From an uncultured virus (IMG/VR IMGVR_UViG_3300046050_000015) (lineage: Duplodnaviria; Heunggongvirae; Uroviricota; Caudoviricetes), in the IMG/VR virus record IMGVR_UViG_3300046050_000015: a DNA stretch of 64,000 nt. The stretch is one strand, 5' to 3'. Shown here one piece after another: positions 56,847-64,000 of the stretch. The notes beneath the pieces were generated by a model that had not been told where the DNA came from, did not search any database, and worked only from the letters and a program-made list of their open reading frames with translations. Position numbers and translations under genes: made by a program. Every line of letters begins with the position of its first letter. Position 1 is the first letter of the stretch.

Positions 56847-57604
56847 GGACGGGCACCGACCCGGGGGCTGGCCCCGACTCTGACCGACCCCCGTAGGGCC
56901 CACAGGGCCCCTCCCCCTTTCTCGTTGTCTCAAGGCCCACACAGAGGGCTCAGTTCTACAGGTCCCACCCTACCGGCACAGTGAGATTGGATGCACAGGG
57001 GCACTCACAGGCTCCTGTGGCCCATGCCTGGGTCAGGACACCCCCACGGCCCGGCATGGGGTCGGGCCGTGGCGACCACTGAGGCCGATAAGCTTGACAA
57101 AGCTTGACATGGTTCTGAGACGTTGACTCAGGGCGATTGTCAAAGAGTGACATGGTGGGGAAATCGAACCCCCAAACAGAAACCAACCCAACACCCACGA
57201 CAAAACAGGGCACTACACCCAGACACATTTCGACGTCAAGACGCTACACAAACCCCACAACAATTCTGTTTCGAAGAAGACAGGGGGTCAAAATGCTGGA
57301 GAAATAAGCGCTCTCGGCACGAAATGTCTGAGAAATTGTAATATTCAAAAATCTATCCGGAAGAAGCAAAAACCCAGAACTGGTAAATTTCAACGAGAGA
57401 AGCTGTCTGGAAGGAAAATTAGAACTCGACAACCAAACCCCGAAAGGAAACACTGGCGAAAACGGCCCCCGGGGGGTTGAGAGCGGATAGGTCCCCCTGC
57501 GTAAGTTTGCTCAACAAAAATTGAGTCCACCCCCAGCACCCAATGCTCCCGGGTACCTGATTAGCCTGTTCGACTAGTTGAATGAAGTATTCGTCCCGTC
57601 CGGG

Positions 57605-59317
57605 TTAGACATCTTGAATCCCTCCCAGCGGCCCGGTTTGTTCCTCACTCTGATTGCATCTTCCCTGCTTCACTTCCCCGAGTGGCAGGAATTCGGGACA
57701 CTCGCCGATAAAGTACAACTCTTGCTCGGTACGCGTAATCGCCACATACGTAACGTTCCCCTCTTCACCGTTATCTCCCAGTTCACTGGGCTGCAAAATA
57801 AAGACCCGGGGTGCTTCGAGTCCTTTGGCCCGGTGAATGGTGGAGAGGGGGATGGCGTTGTTCGGTAGCGCGTGTCCTTCACTTTCCACCTCTTGGAAGA
57901 TATCGTCCACCAGATTATTGAACTCTTGCACTGTTTCGACCTTCTCGGCCAGCGTTTTGATGCATTTGTATTGGTCCCGGATGGCGTCGGCGGCTTCGTC
58001 TCGGTTGCTGTTTTCGTATTCGGCGGCCAGCTCCCACATGTCTTTCTTCAGTTCCCCCAAAATATTCTCCACAAGCGCCCGATTATTCGTTGCGTAGGCT
58101 CCAACTTTCCCCTTAAGCTGCTTCCCTACGTCTTTCCCCAGAATGAACGCTGGCTGTTCGTTCATGAGGAGTTGAACGGCCCACCGCGTCAGGGGGGCAT
58201 TTTTCCGTGACAGTACAAAGTCCCCTGGTCGCACGTTTTCCATGGCTTCCTCCGGCGTCACCTCCTGCACGATACCTTCGTCTGCGTCGTCGGTTGCTCG
58301 AAACCTCGGCACCAGCGTACTCGCCAAATCAACGACCTTTGTGGGGCACCGGAATGTCTGAGTCAGGGGTCGCTCAATGACGCTCCGTTTCCCGTCCCGA
58401 TTCATGAGTCCTTGCTTCAAGTTTTGAATGCTGTCCCTATCTGCCGCCCTCCAGGCATACAGGCTTTGCATCTCGTCCCCGATAGCGATAACTCGACCTC
58501 CCCTACTGGCCCTGAGCACGACTTCTCGTTCGGCGGGCGTGAGGTCTTGGGCCTCATCCACCATCACCACGTCATACTTACTCAACCAAATATCTCCACG
58601 ATTCAGCACGCAGTCAATCATGCCGTCGTAGTTCACGACTTGTGGCTCGTCCCGCAAAATCTCCACAACCTTCCCGAGCACGTCGGACAGTTTCCGACTT
58701 ACCGCGTCTTCGGTCTCGTTCGTATGAGGCGTCAGGGGCTCTCCACCATAATGCTTGGTTAGGCGCCGTTGATACAACCGCTCTTCTTCACTTTGGTCCT
58801 TATTCCCTCGGAAGGCGAGCGGCACGTTGTACCGACTCAGAATACTAGCAATCGTTTTAGCCTTACTCAGGTCCACCAGCTTTGCCCGTCCCAACGAAAT
58901 AATCTTGAGGAGGTTCCCCATGCCCATCATGTCGATATCGTTCTTGCACCAGTGCTCGGGTCCATCATCTTTCCACGTCAACCCTCGAAGTGCCTCTTTC
59001 ACGTTTTCGTTGTTGTCGTTAACTTCCACGTCCCCCTTATACTTCCCGTAGAGGCTCTTGGCGCAGAGGCTGTGAATGGTTCGGGCTTCGGCGTGGTCCG
59101 GCAACTTCTCATCGAGTTCATCTGAAATGTTCCGGTTGAACGCCAGGAAGATAACCTCTTGGTTTTCAGGCAATCGTTCGGCGGCCTCAATCGCGGTCGT
59201 GGTCTTGCCACTGCCGCTGACGGCGTTCACGATAACGTGTTTGTCTGTGTTTTCGATAACGGAGAAAATGTCGGTTTGTTCGTCGGTCCATTCCCACCCG
59301 AGTTTGGCTTGCCTCAT
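57605..59317 (-). CDS. UvrD/Rep-like superfamily 1 helicase
   Basis: AVSGSGKTTT, LAFN, TIHS, VDEAQD, GDEMQSLYAWR, TFRCP, STIHRAKGLE, YVAITR. Confidence 0.92.
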   Translation of the reverse strand: MRQAKLGWEWTDEQTDIFSVIENTDKHVIVNAVSGSGKTTTAIEAAERLPENQEVIFLAFNRNISDELDEKLPDHAEARTIHSLCAKSLYGKYKGDVEVNDNNENVKEALRGLTWKDDGPEHWCKNDIDMMGMGNLLKIISLGRAKLVDLSKAKTIASILSRYNVPLAFRGNKDQSEEERLYQRRLTKHYGGEPLTPHTNETEDAVSRKLSDVLGKVVEILRDEPQVVNYDGMIDCVLNRGDIWLSKYDVVMVDEAQDLTPAEREVVLRASRGGRVIAIGDEMQSLYAWRAADRDSIQNLKQGLMNRDGKRSVIERPLTQTFRCPTKVVDLASTLVPRFRATDDADEGIVQEVTPEEAMENVRPGDFVLSRKNAPLTRWAVQLLMNEQPAFILGKDVGKQLKGKVGAYATNNRALVENILGELKKDMWELAAEYENSNRDEAADAIRDQYKCIKTLAEKVETVQEFNNLVDDIFQEVESEGHALPNNAIPLSTIHRAKGLEAPRVFILQPSELGDNGEEGNVTYVAITRTEQELYFIGECPEFLPLGEVKQGRCNQSEEQTGPLGGIQDV

Positions 59318-59709
59318 TCCTCACCCTCCGCGTCGTTGACCCGCTGCTCCAACTCAGCCAGTTTCTCCGCGTAGATGTCAGTGTACATCATACCCTCCTC
59401 GGTGAAGATTTCTTCCATTTGTTGCAGCATGAGCTGAACGTCGACAATCTCACCCAGTACCTCTTCTTTCCCAGTTTTGCCCCTCCGATAGTGCTGGATA
59501 GCGGTCATGAGTTCGCCCATTTCTTCGTACAGCATCCCAATCTGAGCCTCTTCACCCCATGCTTCGATGGCACGTTGCTCCAATTTCATGTCTGGTTCCA
59601 TGTTGTCGTTGAGTTTGATTTGAAACTCTGTCGTAAATGTTGGAGCGTGGATGCTCTCGTCGTGAATGTCACTCTCACTATCGCCGGGTGGAAGTTCTTT
59701 CCAGTTCAA
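59314..59709 (-). CDS. MazG-like NTP pyrophosphohydrolase
   Basis: EEMGEL..GEIVDV. Confidence 0.8.
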   Translation of the reverse strand: MNWKELPPGDSESDIHDESIHAPTFTTEFQIKLNDNMEPDMKLEQRAIEAWGEEAQIGMLYEEMGELMTAIQHYRRGKTGKEEVLGEIVDVQLMLQQMEEIFTEEGMMYTDIYAEKLAELEQRVNDAEGEE

Positions 59710-60134
59710 ATGTCTCCCCCCGTTGCTCGCACGGCTGCCATCACAATCGTTTCGGCAACGTGTTCATTGTCTTCCATGGCGAGCCATTTCGCCAATCGGC
59801 TAAACGTTGACGTATTACTGAACTCACCCGACTTGGGCGTAGGGACGAGTTCCTTGAATTCTTCCACCCACCCGGACCCAACTTCCTTGGCGAGGTTGAG
59901 AGCGTCGTGGAGACTGTTCACGTAGTCGGGGGTGTAGTGACCCATATGAACCTCGGGCTCGGGCCAAGCATCATCCCGGCTGTAGATGTACGTCCAACAC
60001 TCTTCGCACATCACGGGGTCCATGTCGTCGACCGGATGCCCGAACTCTCCACCACAGGGTTCCTTTCGAAGAACGAAGATTTCGGCGTAGGCGTTCTTTT
60101 CTAAGTCGCTAAGTTCTGCCCAGTTCATCAGCAT
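59706..60134 (-). CDS. ABA-sandwich-like protein
   Basis: TPDYVNSLHDALNL..AETIVMAAV. Confidence 0.55.
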   Translation of the reverse strand: MLMNWAELSDLEKNAYAEIFVLRKEPCGGEFGHPVDDMDPVMCEECWTYIYSRDDAWPEPEVHMGHYTPDYVNSLHDALNLAKEVGSGWVEEFKELVPTPKSGEFSNTSTFSRLAKWLAMEDNEHVAETIVMAAVRATGGDI

Positions 60135-60246
60135 GCACCCCCGTAAATAGACATGAATACTGCGGTTACTGCCAGCATACTTGCACCGATGGCGAACACC
60201 AGCATACTCCCCCCGATGATGAGGATAGCTTCCTTAACTCCGCTCA

Positions 60247-60486
60247 TCAGTTATCCAGGCTCCGTAATTGCTTGCGGGTCGTCCCGGGGTCGTAGTCGCT
60301 CCATTCGGCGTGTTCGTGGATGATGTCGAATACTTCATCTTCACTGTACCCGATGAAGTTGAGGAGGAAGCCCCCGAACCAGCAGCGGTCGCTGTGACCG
60401 GCGTCGGGGTCCTTGAGCACCTCCCCCAACTCTTCACGCTTTTGGGCGCTTTTGACTTTCGAGAAGACTCGCTTGGTATTCATCAA
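60247..60486 (-). CDS. stand-alone primase large-subunit C-terminal-like domain
   Basis: H..R..FL..GYSEDEVFDI..DYDPGTTRKQL resembles PriL-CTD. Confidence 0.6.
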   Translation of the reverse strand: MMNTKRVFSKVKSAQKREELGEVLKDPDAGHSDRCWFGGFLLNFIGYSEDEVFDIIHEHAEWSDYDPGTTRKQLRSLDN

Positions 60487-60736
60487 CCCACGAAGCGACC
60501 TAACATGTGAAAAGAGTTATGGTTCTAAGTGCTCCATGCACCGAATCTTTCCCCTGTCGTCCCGGCGCTCGTCGTCGACACAAACAACGACCTGCTTCCC
60601 GCAAATCGCACATCCCACTTTCCGATTCTTGAAATCCAAAAGTGATGCCATATCGGTAATCTGTGTTTTCCCTTATATATTTTCTTCGCAGAAAACCAAA
60701 CCTTTATATAAGCTTTCCGTAAGACTTAACCCTGTA

Positions 60737-60988
60737 ATGAGCGCAGAACTGGTAGCCGGCCTCGTGTACGGGCTCGCCGCACTCCTCGTCAACGCCGGAG
60801 ACAACACCGGCAACAGCATTGGTGCCCTAACTGTCGTCGCGGCCCTCACGTTCTACACCGGTCAATACCTCGGGGGTGCCTGGTACCATTACCTCATCCC
60901 CGCGGGCTCCCTCATCATCGGTAGCATCGTAGCGGTGACCCTCTCCACCGAGACCCAGGATGAAGCGCCCACGGAGTCGGTAACATAA
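60737..60988 (+). CDS. small three-helix membrane protein
   Basis: hydrophobic ORF below AAACCTTTATATA promoter. Confidence 0.6.
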   Translation: MSAELVAGLVYGLAALLVNAGDNTGNSIGALTVVAALTFYTGQYLGGAWYHYLIPAGSLIIGSIVAVTLSTETQDEAPTESVT

Positions 60989-61434
60989 TGGGAGACCCGA
61001 CAAGTGCAAGGATGAAGAACGGTCAAGTTCACTTCAAATGCCCCACATGCGCCATTGACCTTACGGTAAAGGACAAGGCGCGCGAGGGCAATCACACCGT
61101 CACATTGACGAGCTTCGGGGTTACGGTTGACCCACAATGGGTATGCCCCGAGTGCGGCTTAGTGGGCAAAATCCGCAACGACGACCTGAAAAGCGTTGAC
61201 CGTCGCAGCATTCCGCCCGGCGACTACCAACCCGCCGAATTGAGCAACGGCACTCGGGCGTTCGCCGTTCGGGTCGACGTGGAAGAACAAGACGAAGACC
61301 CCGAAGCTTACCCTGACAAGGACGACTGCCCCGACAACGCCAAGCACGGCTATTATGGTCGCGTCGGTGAGCGTTGTCCAACCTGTTACACTGATTTCTC
61401 GGAGGATAACAATGCCAACGAAGGACGAGATTAA
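60988..61434 (+). CDS. Zn-finger protein
   Basis: CPTC, CPEC, CPTC. Confidence 0.6.
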   Translation: MGDPTSARMKNGQVHFKCPTCAIDLTVKDKAREGNHTVTLTSFGVTVDPQWVCPECGLVGKIRNDDLKSVDRRSIPPGDYQPAELSNGTRAFAVRVDVEEQDEDPEAYPDKDDCPDNAKHGYYGRVGERCPTCYTDFSEDNNANEGRD

Positions 61435-61690
61435 GCAAGAACGAGACGAGCTACGGAACCGCGTCGACGAGCTTGAGGAAGACCTCACTGAAGCCGAGAT
61501 GGAGCGAGACTACCTCCGCGAATGTGTCAACATCGCCGAAGACGTGATTGACACCCTCGGCGACGAAGTAGAGGGCGTGGTCGAAACGTACAACGATAAG
61601 GTGGAACTCAAGCAAACCCGTCAACAGCGCGCCGCTCGGGCCGTCGAGGAAGAGCACAATGACTCCGACCCTGAGTCGGACGCAACATAA
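61412..61690 (+). CDS. coiled-coil protein
   Basis: acidic heptad pattern. Confidence 0.6.
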   Translation: MPTKDEIKQERDELRNRVDELEEDLTEAEMERDYLRECVNIAEDVIDTLGDEVEGVVETYNDKVELKQTRQQRAARAVEEEHNDSDPESDAT

Positions 61691-61784
61691 TCTACACGAA
61701 ACCCCAAACAACACCGTCACCGTGTTGGTGATGAAGGTTCAAGGGGGCGCGGTGAACATGAAGATGTGGACGGCTCACTGGACC

Positions 61785-62123
61785 ATGAGTGACAACATCG
61801 AAACATTGCAACGCTTAAACGAAAGACTGGACGGAGAAAACTCCAGCCTCGACGGTATCCAGAACGCCTGGAGTGCGGACTACCGCAACAGTGAAGAGAA
61901 CACCTTCACGCTGGCCTCCAGCCTGGGATGCAAAATCTGTCAACAGTACCACCAAAACCCCACGGTTCATTCATTAGAGTTCCCCCTACGCATCGACGGC
62001 AAGACCTACGAGTATTACACTGTCTGTCCGCAGGCCGAAGAACCCCTCTTCCTCACCGAAGACGCCTCCTATCCACGCATGCAAGATGTTGACCCCGAAG
62101 ACATCCCGGACCAAGAAAGCTGA
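61785..62123 (+). CDS. hypothetical protein
   Basis: acidic ORF upstream of portal. Confidence 0.55.
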   Translation: MSDNIETLQRLNERLDGENSSLDGIQNAWSADYRNSEENTFTLASSLGCKICQQYHQNPTVHSLEFPLRIDGKTYEYYTVCPQAEEPLFLTEDASYPRMQDVDPEDIPDQES

Positions 62124-62161
62124 CAAGGCTTTAAGAACCACAAAATTGAAACGATAGACCA

Positions 62162-63670
62162 ATGGACTCTCAGCGGTTACCAGTCAACAATCAACGTTTC
62201 CTACTCCCTGACGCCCAAAGCGCGGCGCAATTCCTCAGCTTTTACGAGGACGACCGCAGAGAGGATGCCGCTGAGATGGCTAGTGCCGCGTTCGCCGGGA
62301 ACAGTCTAGCCAACACGCGTGTCGAGGACCAACTCAGCAACCTCGGTGGCCAACGCTCCTTCCGCAGTCGATTCAAAAAGGAGCAACACATTTACGGCAA
62401 TCAGGAAACCGTGTGGGACCTGGACCTGGAGTATCTCCACAATCGTGACCCCACGGTTCGAGCCATTAACCACCGACCCGCCGAAGACACCTGGTACCGG
62501 CTCCCCGAAACGAGTGTAGAGTCTATCGACGAATGGTTCACCCGCCTCATGAGGATGAAATACCATACCAAGGCCATCAGTGCCGATGCGCTCGGGCGGG
62601 CCTATGGGGGCGCGTTCCTATACATCAACGCCTCCGGTGACGTGAGCGAAGAGATTCCGAGACGAGGTGGAGAGATTCATGGTTTCACTGTTATTCATCC
62701 TCTATTGGTTGCTGACGATAGCGTGGAGTGGGATAACTCGGGTCGCCGCATTTATAAACAACATGGCATCAAGAGCATTCGACTCAATGCGAAACTTCTT
62801 CGCGGCGACGAAAACATCGGTTCTGAGGGTTCACGAGCCCGAACCAAACCCATCGACGGTTCACGCCTCATCCACTTCAGCCCCGATGCTTCGACCGAGC
62901 ACTGGCGAGGCAAACCCAAGATACTGCCTGCATTCGACACCATCAACGACCTCCGTGACATTATCTATGGGCAGACGAAGCAACAGTTCGAGGGTTCACC
63001 AATCGCTATCACTATCACTGAACCCGAGCAATTCGCCCTCGACGCCGAAAGCGAAGAACAACTAGAACAAGACATTCAACGCTTCGTTTCCGGTGGCGGT
63101 CAATTCTTCAGCCCCGTCAAGGGAGCCACGGTTCAGCGCGTCGGTGACCATGGTCTCGCCGACCCCGAGACGGCTCTCCACACGGTTGCTTCCCGGATTG
63201 CTCAAGACGTTGAGTTGCCCAAACAAATGATTCTGGCGACCGCGGGCAACGACCAGGCTATCGATGAATCGACCGCCATGACCTACTCTTCACGCATCGC
63301 TGTCCGCCGCAACCGGTTCGCGTTCCCGATTCTTCAACACCTCACCCTTCTGGGTCAATGGGTTCGAGACATTCCCGCCACCGAGCAATTGCCCCTCGAC
63401 CTCGACTGGCCGAGCCTTCGCATGATGAGTGCTCGTGAACGAGCTTACGTTCGCCGCACGAACTCGATGGCGCTGGACGTGGCTGAGAAATGGAACCGGG
63501 GCGTTGACAAGGAGGTCGAGGAAATGTTCCCCCAAGACGGGGGCTCCAATATTGAGTCCCGCAAACCCGACCAAGACAACTCATCCGATGGTGAAGAGAT
63601 GGATTCCTTCGACATGGAGATTCTTCACCGCCTTGACCGCATCGACCGAGAATTGGAGGACCTACAATGA
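62162..63670 (+). CDS. portal protein (DUF1073-like)
   Basis: 502 aa; RPAEDTW, GRAYGGAFLYI, IDGSRLIHF, WRGKPKI, ELPKQMIL, LDWPSL. Confidence 0.75.
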   Translation: MDSQRLPVNNQRFLLPDAQSAAQFLSFYEDDRREDAAEMASAAFAGNSLANTRVEDQLSNLGGQRSFRSRFKKEQHIYGNQETVWDLDLEYLHNRDPTVRAINHRPAEDTWYRLPETSVESIDEWFTRLMRMKYHTKAISADALGRAYGGAFLYINASGDVSEEIPRRGGEIHGFTVIHPLLVADDSVEWDNSGRRIYKQHGIKSIRLNAKLLRGDENIGSEGSRARTKPIDGSRLIHFSPDASTEHWRGKPKILPAFDTINDLRDIIYGQTKQQFEGSPIAITITEPEQFALDAESEEQLEQDIQRFVSGGGQFFSPVKGATVQRVGDHGLADPETALHTVASRIAQDVELPKQMILATAGNDQAIDESTAMTYSSRIAVRRNRFAFPILQHLTLLGQWVRDIPATEQLPLDLDWPSLRMMSARERAYVRRTNSMALDVAEKWNRGVDKEVEEMFPQDGGSNIESRKPDQDNSSDGEEMDSFDMEILHRLDRIDRELEDLQ

Positions 63671-63824
63671 CGACCGTGGACGAAAGCGAAGAAGGAGACC
63701 TTGTGTACGAGAACGGGAAAATCCTTGACGCGAAGACCGGTGAGGAGTTAACCCGCGAAGAGATGCAAGAGCGAGCGAATCGCTAGCTTGCCTTTATAAA
63801 CCTTGATAGTGGAGATTGAGGATA

Positions 63825-64000
63825 ATGCCCGACGACATTCCTTCCCGGGTTGCGATTGCTGGCGGAGCCTTCAACACGTCCGTTCCCGGTAACGGCATGT
63901 GGTTCCAGCACGAACACATCGAAGACCTGGCCGAACAAATGGCTAGCGGTGGAGAGTTCGTCGCGAACCACGACCGAGAGATTGATGCTCTCGCTGGACT
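63825..64000 (+). CDS. probable prohead protease (5' part, runs off window)
   Basis: follows portal; NG..F..L..FVANHD pattern. Confidence 0.5.
   Translation, partial: MPDDIPSRVAIAGGAFNTSVPGNGMWFQHEHIEDLAEQMASGGEFVANHDREIDALAG

Noticed and set aside
43800..57500. CRISPR array
   Set aside because: repeats are irregularly spaced by hundreds of bp and diverged; no repeat-spacer periodicity, no cas genes

Overview
64 kb of a large tailed (Caudoviricetes-type) virus genome that almost certainly infects halophilic archaea. Support: very acidic proteins, BRE/TATA-type promoters (AAAnCTTAAGT-like), a haloarchaeal IS1341/TnpB remnant, a BHB intron in a tRNA, terminase and portal. Layout: (1) 1-8.5 kb, minus strand: Sak4-like ATPase, probable SSB, AEP primase, class II CCA-adding enzyme with HD domain, ThyX. 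(2) 8.6-13.3 kb, minus strand: array of 32 tRNA genes (anticodons for 19 amino acids, none for Cys; none encodes CCA). Many are structurally atypical, and at least six non-tRNA structured RNAs are interleaved, including one of about 296 nt. RtcB and a metallophosphoesterase follow directly. (3) 15.9-33.5 kb: intein-containing large terminase, PD-(D/E)XK nucleases, a degenerate MCM-like ATPase, RlaP-like nucleotidyltransferase, DnaQ exonuclease, DHH phosphoesterase and many small genes. (4) A strand switch at about 33.7 kb carrying an origin-like inverted-repeat element that recurs at about 46.1 and 50.5 kb. (5) 34-57.5 kb, plus strand: small genes; from about 43.8 kb they form single-gene units separated by long repeat-rich spacers, with an 851-bp tandem duplication, SprT protease and a MORC-like ATPase. 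(6) UvrD helicase, MazG, PriL-C-like domain, then portal and the start of a probable prohead protease. All calls were made by eye from motifs and base-pairing; no database searches or folding programs were run. Two N-gaps and several long G/C homopolymers indicate assembly imperfections.
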